Source: a virus (Duplodnaviria > Caudoviricetes). Taken from it: 44,014 nt of DNA. The position numbers were made by a program, and so were the translations under genes. The notes beneath the pieces are model-generated. The model saw nothing but the letters and a program-made list of their open reading frames with translations. It had not been told where the DNA came from and searched no databases. The stretch lies in IMG/VR virus record IMGVR_UViG_3300010366_000005, positions 1-44,014 of that record; one strand, written 5' to 3'. Shown here in pieces: positions 28,894 to 36,952 of the stretch (positions within the stretch are counted from its first letter, which is position 1; the number at the start of each line of letters is the position of its first letter).

Positions 28894-29516
28894 CAGGCGT
28901 TCTCCAGTTCGGCGAGTAGCGCTGACCCGGTATTGTAATCGAGCCAATCATCGTCCCGCCATGCCGCGCAGACCGCGCCGTTCTCGACATCCATCTGGAG
29001 GACGCGGCAGAAGGCGGTGGGTTCGATACGCTTGTCATCGCCATCCGTCATGTAATGATCACAATCGTCGCCCCCGGACTTGCCGCCGCAGTTGGCGCCG
29101 CCCATCTTTTGTCCGGGCTTGGGAGCGTTGATCCAGCCGGGACCGAGAGTCTCGACCGACAAGATGCAGTCCGCGAATTTCTCCGCGCCCATGTTGGGAG
29201 AGCCGGGACGCCAGGCCGAGCAGCACGGCCAGTATTCGATGGGCTTTGCGTCCGAGGTTGCTGCCGGGGGATAGGTAAATTTCCGCAGCTTCACATCCGG
29301 GCCCATCAGGTAACAGGTGCGGCCGTAGTTGAACATCGGGCAGTTGTAGCAGGTCGCGGGTTCGCCGCACATCTGAGCTTCAGGGATGTATTGGACTTCG
29401 CCCTTCGACATGGTTTGCGGATCGCGGTTAAGAGGCTGGGAGAGAGCGCGGCGCTGGGCGTTCACCTTGGTCAGGTGCTTGATGCGATAGGCGAGGAAGC
29501 CGGGAGTGGGGCTCAT
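28893..29516 (-). CDS. Cys-rich protein with two HiPIP-like motifs
   Basis: CYNC...C...CCSAW and C...C...C...GAVCAAW. Confidence 0.7.
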   Translation of the reverse strand: MSPTPGFLAYRIKHLTKVNAQRRALSQPLNRDPQTMSKGEVQYIPEAQMCGEPATCYNCPMFNYGRTCYLMGPDVKLRKFTYPPAATSDAKPIEYWPCCSAWRPGSPNMGAEKFADCILSVETLGPGWINAPKPGQKMGGANCGGKSGGDDCDHYMTDGDDKRIEPTAFCRVLQMDVENGAVCAAWRDDDWLDYNTGSALLAELENA

Positions 29517-29875
29517 TTCAGCAATCCCTTCGCCCTCATCTCAGAAAGTTTCATCATCGAGTAATCACGCTGGCGCTTCAGTTCATCATACTGAACTCGC
29601 ATCCAAGTGCGCGCTGGTTCCGGGAGATCATCGGCTAGATTAGCCGCATACTCCATTGCCTCGTCGGGCGTCATCTTGATGCCTCTTCCCGAGTCACGCG
29701 CGCGCCTCCCGCAAAACCAGCAATTCGATGTCATTTGTCCGGTCTCGGCATTCCAACCGGTAACGCAGGGAAGCCCATAATTAGGCTCGAGTGGTGCGGA
29801 TGATCGCCAGCCACCAACACGACAAAACTCGCCGAAGCAATACATCGCGCGCTCTTTAATAACCTCCTCGTTCAT
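29513..29875 (-). CDS. Hypothetical protein
   Basis: Coupled ORF with CxxC motifs. Confidence 0.65.
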   Translation of the reverse strand: MNEEVIKERAMYCFGEFCRVGGWRSSAPLEPNYGLPCVTGWNAETGQMTSNCWFCGRRARDSGRGIKMTPDEAMEYAANLADDLPEPARTWMRVQYDELKRQRDYSMMKLSEMRAKGLLK

Positions 29876-30084
29876 TTCATCGTCACCTTTACCTTCGCGT
29901 CACCTTGCTTTACCTTGATCTTCTTGATGCGGGTGGCCAGCTGCTGGCCCACTATCTTATCAACGAGAGGCTTGGGTTTGGGCATCGCGTCGCCGGCCGA
30001 GGGCTGGTCGGATTGGGCGATTGAAGTATCCGATTTGAGAGTGCCTTGGAGGGCGCGGCGACCGACTCCGCCGAGGAGAGGCAT
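29872..30084 (-). CDS. Small basic protein
   Basis: SD AAGGAGG. Confidence 0.7.
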   Translation of the reverse strand: MPLLGGVGRRALQGTLKSDTSIAQSDQPSAGDAMPKPKPLVDKIVGQQLATRIKKIKVKQGDAKVKVTMK

Positions 30085-30085
30085 G

Positions 30086-30193
30086 TTATTTTACCTCCTT
30101 AATTAAGGAGATGATAATTCCGACAATAAGGAACCACCAGAGGCCGGTAAGGGCGGCGCGCAAAAGAATGAGTTGGCGATCCGATAATCTCAT
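30086..30193 (-). CDS. Small TM peptide, 35 aa
   Basis: ATGA overlap; LTGLWWFLIVGIIISLI. Confidence 0.55.
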   Translation of the reverse strand: MRLSDRQLILLRAALTGLWWFLIVGIIISLIKEVK

Positions 30194-30348
30194 TTTCCCT
30201 GTGCCTTTCTGACGCGCTTAGCCAGTGTCTTGCGGCGATAACTCTCGAGTATGGCGAGAGCCTGGGGACGGCTCTTTACGATCGGGCCGCCTTTGCCGGA
30301 ATGTAATGTACCGGCGGCGAAGTCCTTCATGATTTCATCGGCTGGCAT
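30190..30348 (-). CDS. Small basic phage protein (DUF6496-like)
   Basis: MKDFAAGTLHSGKGGPIVKSRPQALAI. Confidence 0.75.
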   Translation of the reverse strand: MPADEIMKDFAAGTLHSGKGGPIVKSRPQALAILESYRRKTLAKRVRKAQGK

Positions 30349-31907
30349 CAGTGCCTCAAATACCGCGCATACGCGGGACGCTGGAAACGCACCGGATTGC
30401 GAGATGCGAGTTTCTTCCATTCTTCTATCGTCAGGTTTTGGCGGGTGCGCGGCACGTAGCCCTGGAGCGTATCCCTGTGTTGCTCATCGGCCCGCCAGAA
30501 CTCGCGCGAGAGATGATCGAGACCCTCGGCCTCCCACTTCCTCGGCTTTGGCAGCTTGTCGGGGAGAGGCCGGAAGGTGTGGAGCATGTAGCGGATGGCG
30601 TCGGGCGAGTGTGAGGCATGGTGAGCGGTGGGACGCGAGATGGCCGGGGCTTCATCGCCGGAGGTCGATTCGCGCTCCTTGAGTGCGAGCGCTTTTTTCG
30701 ACCACTTGAACTCCAATAACTCTTGGATCGTCTTTTCGCAGGCCGAGGAGATGTAGTACCAGGGAGCGCCATCTGAGCCGAGAAACGGGTGCCGCAGCCG
30801 AGAGTCCACATGGAAGTATTGGGTGGTCTTCATCAGCCCGGCCATGATGTCCTTGTCGGCGGGGCCGGCGTTGATACCGCATTCAGCGAGTTCTATTCCG
30901 GCTTGGCGATTCGAGTAATCGTAGGCGATACCCTCGATCTTACGGCCGTCTATCTTGAGATGCACCTGGGCGGCGATATCGGAGACCAGCATATTGTTGC
31001 CGTAGACTTCGGCGTATTGGAATAACATGCCGGATGGGGCGCGCGCCGCGATGACGATCGACCACGGGTCGATGTCGGATCCCACGTCGATACCGATCAG
31101 AACCGGCCAGTTGTGAGGAGGCGATCCGGAGTCACCGAAGATGGGCCAGCGCTTTTTCACGTCCCAGACATGGGTTAATTCCGAGAACTCCTTGTAGACG
31201 AGACCCGTGAACTCGGAGAAGTTGCCGTAGACGTAGCGGTCGGCCCAGTCGGGAGGATAGGCGTTGATCATTCGCTCGACATAGCCCGGAGGATTGAAGG
31301 GATTGTCCATCGAGGTCGCGGTGATGCCGATGTTTTCCTCCTGGAGTTGGATTTTGCGCTCGGGATCGAAGAAGTGCCGCCAGATCCAGTCGTGGCCAGA
31401 GGGGTTTGACGTCAGTCGGACCACACAGCGACCGCGCCGGAGGCGACCCAGAATCCAGAAGTAAACCTTCTCCTCGATTTCGGTGGCCTCATCGACATAG
31501 GCGCCATTCAGCGACATTGATCTTAATTGCGACTCGAGTTTGGCATCGGCCATATCGAGGTGCTTGAAGGTCACGCGGTGGCCGTTCTTGAACGTCAGCT
31601 TCTTGTCGGACTTATGCCAGGCGGCGAGAGACTCGGGGATCAGCTCGAGGAGTTGCTGCATGGTCGAGTCGGCGAAGTCGGTGTAGTTGAGGCGGCCAAT
31701 GAGCGAGTGGCCGTTCGGCTCGACGAGAGAATTAAGGATAAGTGAAGTGCAGAGGGCAACTGTCTTTCCCGAGCCCTGCCCGCCGATATAGGCACAGCCG
31801 GGGTAAGGCGAGGAGATAAATTGCTTCTGCTGGGGCATACGGCAAGGCGACTCCTTGAGAACGCGGAGGACGTCCGCCAATCCGATCTGGCCCTCTAAGA
31901 TTCCCAC
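30348..31907 (-). CDS. terL: Terminase large subunit
   Basis: Walker A GGQGSGKT, Walker B AYVDEA, TSNP motif III, nuclease IGIDVG ... HSPDAIRY. Confidence 0.95.
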   Translation of the reverse strand: MGILEGQIGLADVLRVLKESPCRMPQQKQFISSPYPGCAYIGGQGSGKTVALCTSLILNSLVEPNGHSLIGRLNYTDFADSTMQQLLELIPESLAAWHKSDKKLTFKNGHRVTFKHLDMADAKLESQLRSMSLNGAYVDEATEIEEKVYFWILGRLRRGRCVVRLTSNPSGHDWIWRHFFDPERKIQLQEENIGITATSMDNPFNPPGYVERMINAYPPDWADRYVYGNFSEFTGLVYKEFSELTHVWDVKKRWPIFGDSGSPPHNWPVLIGIDVGSDIDPWSIVIAARAPSGMLFQYAEVYGNNMLVSDIAAQVHLKIDGRKIEGIAYDYSNRQAGIELAECGINAGPADKDIMAGLMKTTQYFHVDSRLRHPFLGSDGAPWYYISSACEKTIQELLEFKWSKKALALKERESTSGDEAPAISRPTAHHASHSPDAIRYMLHTFRPLPDKLPKPRKWEAEGLDHLSREFWRADEQHRDTLQGYVPRTRQNLTIEEWKKLASRNPVRFQRPAYARYLRH

Positions 31908-32303
31908 TTAGGGCGCGACCACCAACGCGCTTGGTGCGTCAACATTGTACGCAATCGACTCACGCAAGAGATTGACGGCGCGCTTGGCGATTTTGTGGGC
32001 CTGCTCGAGATTGGCAAAAGTCGCGACGGGAGTGGTGTTGGTGCCGAGGGGGCCGGCCACCGCAATCTGGACGGTCATTGGGGTTGACACCGCCGAGACG
32101 GCATCAGGGGGCGGATTACCCTGGGCGGGATCACCGGGCCATGCCTGGGCAAGAAACGAATGCGCGGTCCCGAAGACCTGGGCCTGAGTGGCCTTGGCTT
32201 CCTCGAGCGAATCAAAAGTAGTGGAGGCGCAGGTCTGGCCATCGGGTCCAGAGACCGCGATGATGACGGTACGATCGACGAGATCCTTAAAGTTGGTTGC
32301 CAT
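31908..32303 (-). CDS. Hypothetical protein with internal duplication
   Basis: SD AAGGAG; TV.IAV.GP...TF..LE.A occurs twice. Confidence 0.75.
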   Translation of the reverse strand: MATNFKDLVDRTVIIAVSGPDGQTCASTTFDSLEEAKATQAQVFGTAHSFLAQAWPGDPAQGNPPPDAVSAVSTPMTVQIAVAGPLGTNTTPVATFANLEQAHKIAKRAVNLLRESIAYNVDAPSALVVAP

Positions 32304-32433
32304 TTTTCAGCTCCTTACTTGACAAGTCTCCGCTCTCAGCGCGAGGGGCCACGGTGGCGAGGCGAGAGCGGTGTGATCTGCGCGCACTCGACGTGTTTAC
32401 CATTCAGTAACTAGTCCCAAAAACTTGAAAAAA

Positions 32434-32973
32434 TCAGTCAGAGGAATGTACCGCTAAATCAACCCCCGGCTCCTTTTGGGTGCTTGGATCGGCGGCGTCG
32501 CGTTTGCGTTGCGTCTTTACTTCAGATGGGACTAGTCCGCGCAACAGCTGAGAGAGGTCGTCGTTTGCTGCTGGTGCTGGCGGAGGGGCCACCCAAGCGC
32601 GACCGCGACGCAGCTCCGAGATTGCGCGCAAGCCGTTCATGAGCGTGCTAGATGACGCGAGCATAACTTTCGCTTGATCTGGTTCGGCAGTAGCAGCCTC
32701 GGCGGCAGTGACTAAGGCCTTGCGCCAGTAGCGCTGTTCCTCCCACAGCCCCAATACGCGCAAGTTACTCTCGTCTTTGGCCTTTTTGATGCGTCTAGGC
32801 TGTTCCGCTGCGCGTCTTTTGGTCTTTGAGAGCTGGGCCGAGGCCGGCTTGCGACCACTGCCTCTACGCTTGCCACCATGCGCGCTAGCTGAGGTACCAT
32901 TAAGGCCCATAACTTGATTGTTTTCACCCGTGCTGGAATTAATCAAGTTTGGCGCTACCTCGTTGCTTGCCAT
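32434..32973 (-). CDS. Putative terminase small subunit
   Basis: HGGKRRGSGRKP motif; upstream of TerL. Confidence 0.6.
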   Translation of the reverse strand: MASNEVAPNLINSSTGENNQVMGLNGTSASAHGGKRRGSGRKPASAQLSKTKRRAAEQPRRIKKAKDESNLRVLGLWEEQRYWRKALVTAAEAATAEPDQAKVMLASSSTLMNGLRAISELRRGRAWVAPPPAPAANDDLSQLLRGLVPSEVKTQRKRDAADPSTQKEPGVDLAVHSSD

Positions 32974-33233
32974 ACTCTTACTTCACCAGATCGGCGTGGT
33001 GCCCATCTTGATTTCAAGTTCGTCAGCTGCGCGGGGTCGCCGCGTCTATCGCGCATCCGAATTGCCTTTTGATGGTCAATGAAGAATGCGTCACCCGCAT
33101 GCACCAGGTCGAGAGCTCGACTGTAACTGATTGTCCGTGTAGCAGGAGCCCATGAGGGTTCATTCGGCGCACGAAGGGTGATTTGGTTGGATGCTGCCAT
33201 CTGTCGGCAACTGGTCGCGCTACTCGCACCCAT
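32955..33233 (-). CDS. Hypothetical protein, first gene of the late strand
   Basis: Overlaps the TerS-like start. Confidence 0.5.
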   Translation of the reverse strand: MGASSATSCRQMAASNQITLRAPNEPSWAPATRTISYSRALDLVHAGDAFFIDHQKAIRMRDRRGDPAQLTNLKSRWAPRRSGEVRVWQATR

Positions 33234-33323
33234 TAGTAGACTTGATTACCACAATAATCAAGTGAAAAATCAAGTTTTGGCTAAGTTGTTGAAAACAGAC
33301 CGAAAATAAATTGGGCTGAGCTA

Positions 33324-33352
33324 TTGACATTGGTATACCGTTGGTTTACCTT
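33324..33352 (+). promoter_or_regulatory. Sigma70-type promoter
   Basis: TTGACA-17 bp-TACCTT; contains GGTATACC and GGTTTACC boxes. Confidence 0.7.
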
Positions 33353-33393
33353 TCTGGTGTCGGGAGGTTCAACGACAGGAGAGGAGATGCGAA

Positions 33394-33549
33394 ATGGAAT
33401 ACCTTCTAACCCTGCTAATCATCGGCCTACTAGCTGGCGGAATCGCATTCAACGTATTTACCCGCGAAGGATCCGACGGACTTACCGATGCGCAGTACCG
33501 CGAGATTCGGGCAAACATGGCGCAGATGGCAAGACTCACGCGGAGGTAA
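33394..33549 (+). CDS. Small N-anchored membrane protein, 51 aa
   Basis: SD GAGGAG; MEYLLTLLIIGLLAGGIAFNVF. Confidence 0.6.
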   Translation: MEYLLTLLIIGLLAGGIAFNVFTREGSDGLTDAQYREIRANMAQMARLTRR

Positions 33550-33678
33550 TTGAAGACTGGCGTGAAGCGTTATTGCACGAAATCACTTCCCGAAGTCTAT
33601 CCGCAATTCTGATCGGTTCCAGCTCGAAAACACGTGTGCGGCCATCGAAAAGGCTATCGCCAAAGCCGAGGGTAAAAT

Positions 33679-33840
33679 ATGACCCCATCCCAAGACGATC
33701 TTTGCGATCTTTGCATGTCCTCGGGCGTGACAACTTACTGCGGCCTCACCATCGGAGTTGAGTGCGGCTGCGACCAGGATTGTGACGGTACTTGCGATCA
33801 AGAAGATTGCGAGGAATGTCAAATCGGAGGTGACGAATGA
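33679..33840 (+). CDS. Small acidic Cys-rich protein
   Basis: MTPSQDDLCDLC...CEECQIGGDE. Confidence 0.6.
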   Translation: MTPSQDDLCDLCMSSGVTTYCGLTIGVECGCDQDCDGTCDQEDCEECQIGGDE

Positions 33841-33979
33841 CCCCATCCCAAGACGCCTAATGGCGCCTCAAGCAAGAGCGGTTATTGCGCCAGAATGGCC
33901 CTGGACCGCTTGGAGAGGGATGCCGGCTCGTCTCAGTGAACGCCAGGGGGCAAGAAAGGCCATCCCAAAAGGAGGAGAG

Positions 33980-34168
33980 ATGTCAAAACAACCGTTTGAC
34001 CCGTGGCGCTTGGCTTTCGAGGGCGCACTCGCGGAGATTGACCAGGAACCAGACAAGATCCGGCTGCGCCTGATCCAACAGTCCTATGATCTCGACGTGA
34101 CCTGCGGGCATTGCCAGACGATTGGGGAGATCGGGAAGGAATGCCGGGGGTGTGGGAGACGGCTGTAA
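33980..34168 (+). CDS. Small zinc-ribbon protein
   Basis: SD AAGGAGG; CGHC...CRGC. Confidence 0.7.
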   Translation: MSKQPFDPWRLAFEGALAEIDQEPDKIRLRLIQQSYDLDVTCGHCQTIGEIGKECRGCGRRL

Positions 34169-34195
34169 AAAGCGAAACAATAGCGAATAAACGCC

Positions 34196-34335
34196 ACTCA
34201 CCTAAGCCGAATATTGAAAATCCGCTTAGGTGAAGCCCAAAATCGCATATAACCCCTATTTTCAACAACACTTTACGATTTTCACCTAAGCGGATTCGTA
34301 ACCCCTATATAGGAAGGGGTTCCGCTTAGGTGAGT
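34196..34335. repeat. Candidate replication origin: four TCACCTAAGCGG-type repeats in alternating orientation
   Basis: Copies at ~34198, 34221, 34282 and 34321; TAACCCCTAT twice; adjacent to the helicase. Confidence 0.7.
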
Positions 34336-34340
34336 CTCTT

Positions 34341-35168
34341 TCATTGCAGCGAACCGTATGCCGATTCAAGAGCAGATTTGGCGCTTTTGGTGGAGTACCA
34401 GTCATGAAAACGTATACGAAGATCTGTCCAGTCTAGCTTTACCAAGAGGGACCGGATGGGGATACCGCGCCGGACGACAAATTCCAGCCGGATTATGCCG
34501 GAAGCCCGGTTATGTACCGAGAGCATGATGTAGGAGTCGCCCTTGCCGAAGATGGCCGAAGACCCCCGGAGCTGGTCGGCGCCAAGACGGTCTCCCGGCT
34601 TACCGCAGTGGTGGGTCACAATGATCGCAACCCCATATTTGTCGCGCAGGTAGTCGAGGCCGCGCATTACCTGTTGCATCTCCGAGGCTGAGTTCTCCTC
34701 GCGGTGGTGGAACTCGATCAGGGGATCAAGGCACACGATGTCGGGCTTTACTTTAGCGATTACCGCCTCGATCTCTTTTGGTTCTTGGTCAAGACGTAAA
34801 GAGCGGTCGCAGCTGTGGACATAGAGCGAGTCCAAGAACAAGGCCTGCTGCTCGTCGGCCAAGCTGTCGGCAAGCGGCTTGAGCCGATCCTTGAGGGAGA
34901 ACTCGCCAATTTCCTGCTCGAACAAAAGAACACGCTTGGGAGAATTGACCAAGAAGGCCGCTTGGGTGTGGTTTGCATGGGATCGAAAGGCCCCAAAAAG
35001 ATTGGTTCCAGTGGTGAGGTGGTAGCAGAGCGAGTTCAGAAGGAATGACTTATAGGCTTTTGGCGGGCCGCCAATGAACATCAGGCCTTTTTCGTGTAGC
35101 AGGTTCTCGTCGATGATATAGGGGGGTTTTTCATAAATGCGGCTTATTACCTCGCGCGCTGTCGGCAT
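34341..35168 (-). CDS. RepA/AAA_25 RecA-fold replicative helicase
   Basis: Walker A GGPPKAYKS, VLLFEQE, Walker B VCLDPL, IVTHHCGK, LRGSSAI. Confidence 0.9.
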   Translation of the reverse strand: MPTAREVISRIYEKPPYIIDENLLHEKGLMFIGGPPKAYKSFLLNSLCYHLTTGTNLFGAFRSHANHTQAAFLVNSPKRVLLFEQEIGEFSLKDRLKPLADSLADEQQALFLDSLYVHSCDRSLRLDQEPKEIEAVIAKVKPDIVCLDPLIEFHHREENSASEMQQVMRGLDYLRDKYGVAIIVTHHCGKPGDRLGADQLRGSSAIFGKGDSYIMLSVHNRASGIIRLEFVVRRGIPIRSLLVKLDWTDLRIRFHDWYSTKSAKSALESAYGSLQ

Positions 35169-35176
35169 GTTCTCCT

Positions 35177-35236
35177 CTCTCCAGTTCTGGCCCTGCGCCG
35201 GAAACGCTGGAGAGTCGCCTCCGGCCGGGCCAAGAA
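35177..35236 (-). promoter_or_regulatory. Predicted pseudoknot in the helicase 5' leader
   Basis: Hairpin whose loop CUCUCCAG pairs with CUGGAGAG next to the SD. Confidence 0.6.
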
Positions 35237-35260
35237 GTGCGGCGGGGAGCCGCGTTCGGC

Positions 35261-35289
35261 ATCCTATCGCGGCACATCCCGGCAGTCAA
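35261..35289 (-). promoter_or_regulatory. Promoter for the helicase
   Basis: TTGACT-17 bp-TAGGAT on the minus strand. Confidence 0.7.
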
Positions 35290-35353
35290 CCTCTTTTCTC
35301 GAGGCCGCATCTGAAGCCGCACAAGATTTCCACAGACTAAGGCCCGATTTTAG

Positions 35354-35382
35354 TTGACAAAGGTTGTCCCATGGTATACAAA
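35354..35382 (+). promoter_or_regulatory. Early rightward promoter
   Basis: TTGACA-17 bp-TACAAA with TGGTATAC box. Confidence 0.6.
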
Positions 35383-35390
35383 TGTTACCC

Positions 35391-35549
35391 ATGGCGAAGA
35401 AGAAGGACAAGCGTAAGAATCTGGTGCGGATCAACGAGGACCAGCTCGCCGCCATCCAGAAGATCTGTAAGGCTCGGGTTGGCTATACCAAGGGCGCGTG
35501 TATTCGAGAGGCTATATCGCAATGGCTGGAGAGGCGGCAGACCGCATGA
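35391..35549 (+). CDS. Ribbon-helix-helix regulator (alternative start 35382)
   Basis: NLVRINEDQLAAIQKI...TKGACIREAISQWLE; no SD, possibly leaderless. Confidence 0.75.
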   Translation: MAKKKDKRKNLVRINEDQLAAIQKICKARVGYTKGACIREAISQWLERRQTA

Positions 35550-35860
35550 TCGACTACAAGCAGTTTGAGGGGCATACGCCGGGGCCGTGGTCAGCTAGGC
35601 GCGAAGGCGCGTTTGATTACAGGATAGCCCTAAGCCATATTGCCGAAACCGTCTGCAAGGTACGCTGCGAAGCCAACGCCTGCCTCATCGCCGCCGCGCC
35701 CGAGTTGTTGGCCGAGAACAAGAAGCTGCGGGAGGCGCTAGAAGGCATTATCGAATCCGCCGAGGATGGGCGCGATTGCCCCGAATGGCTGGAGGAGAGA
35801 ATTACCGACGCCCGTGCAGCCCTGAACACCGATGCGGAGGAATCAAATGGGCGGAATTAA
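35546..35860 (+). CDS. Conserved phage hypothetical protein
   Basis: HTPGPW...ANACLIAAAPELL motif. Confidence 0.85.
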   Translation: MIDYKQFEGHTPGPWSARREGAFDYRIALSHIAETVCKVRCEANACLIAAAPELLAENKKLREALEGIIESAEDGRDCPEWLEERITDARAALNTDAEESNGRN

Positions 35861-36074
35861 TACAGGAATGAAATATCGCAAGAGTGGCAGCCGGACGAGG
35901 ACTTCTTACTTTCTGCCGGCAAATGTTAGGGCATATCTGCGGTCGTGGCGGGAAAGTACCGGCAGCCGCGTTGCTGCTGGATACGTCATTGAGAGCCTGG
36001 TGCATCAGGCGATCTCTAGCAAAGTCCCCAAGGTGCTTCCAGCCCTGAGCACCGATGCGGAGGTCAAGCCGTGA
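35847..36074 (+). CDS. Small DNA-binding-like protein
   Basis: SD GGAGG; RTSYFLPANVRAYL. Confidence 0.6.
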   Translation: MGGINTGMKYRKSGSRTRTSYFLPANVRAYLRSWRESTGSRVAAGYVIESLVHQAISSKVPKVLPALSTDAEVKP

Positions 36075-36307
36075 AATTGAGAGATTGGTTGGCATGTCGA
36101 AGGAAGCGCTGCGATTACTACAAGCATTACCTTGCATATGGGCCTGCGGAACTCACGCATGAAGGCTTCCACTCCGCGATGGAGCAGTGCCGATATTGGC
36201 AGCAGCAAATGTCGGAATGGTACGACAAACACACAAACGACGATGTGCCTGAACCGCAACACCTTTTGCGGATATGCGAAACCTGGGAACGGAGGGTCAG
36301 AGCGTGA
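36071..36307 (+). CDS. Hypothetical protein
   Basis: GTGA overlaps. Confidence 0.7.
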   Translation: MKLRDWLACRRKRCDYYKHYLAYGPAELTHEGFHSAMEQCRYWQQQMSEWYDKHTNDDVPEPQHLLRICETWERRVRA

Positions 36308-36621
36308 ACCTAGACCGCATAGCAGAGCGCTGCAAGGCAGCAGACAGGGTGATAGAGCGCATGGATCAAAGAGAATCTGACAACGCGAGTCAGAGAGGGG
36401 GCTGCCCTTATGTAGGAGCTGGCGCACTACCCCCGGCGCGAAAGGCAGCCCCCGTTTTTACTGGCACATGCATAGAGGACATCATCCGCACGGTTGAGCG
36501 GATACAGGGCGACATTCCACAGCCGGCAGATGACGGCTACCCCGAGGACTGGTGGGACGACCGAATAAGCGACGTGAACCCAGCCGTGGAACGCTTCCGC
36601 GATCAGGAAGTGAAGCCGTGA
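36304..36621 (+). CDS. Hypothetical protein
   Basis: GTGA overlaps. Confidence 0.65.
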   Translation: MNLDRIAERCKAADRVIERMDQRESDNASQRGGCPYVGAGALPPARKAAPVFTGTCIEDIIRTVERIQGDIPQPADDGYPEDWWDDRISDVNPAVERFRDQEVKP

Positions 36622-36848
36622 TTACTGGTCTCTTTGTCGGAGCTGCGCTGATCGCCTTCTTTGCTTGGGGCCATCATGTCGGGCATGCCGCCGGCCACCG
36701 CCACCAGCAGGCGGTAGACAAGAAACGCTTCCAGCGGTTTGTGTCGCGGGTTGATGAGATTGCCGGGGAGTCCGCTTTAGACGCGATGATCCAGGCGGCA
36801 ACGGAGATTGATGAAGTTCAAGAATTAGAGGAGATGCTTGAGTCTTGA
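36618..36848 (+). CDS. Small membrane protein
   Basis: N-terminal TM. Confidence 0.65.
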   Translation: MITGLFVGAALIAFFAWGHHVGHAAGHRHQQAVDKKRFQRFVSRVDEIAGESALDAMIQAATEIDEVQELEEMLES

Positions 36849-36929
36849 GAAAGCCCCTCGAAACGCCGTTGGGCGAATGTGCCGCGCAAGCGGAGCAGCG
36901 ACGAGCGTAATCGCCCGAGGGGCTTTCCA
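36849..36929 (+). ncRNA. Candidate cloverleaf-like structured RNA
   Basis: 12-bp closing stem enclosing three hairpins, one with a GCAA tetraloop. Confidence 0.5.
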
Positions 36930-36952
36930 AAGACTTAAAGAGGAGATGCTGA

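Noticed and set aside
34240-34267. dif-like site (aaatcgcatat-aacccc-tattttcaaca) for XerCD integration
   Set aside because: The XerC-like arm is plausible, but the XerD arm matches TTATGTTAAAT poorly.
36849-36929. tRNA or HDV-like ribozyme
   Set aside because: No T-loop or anticodon geometry; CCUCG and GGCGAAU are present but P3 cannot form.
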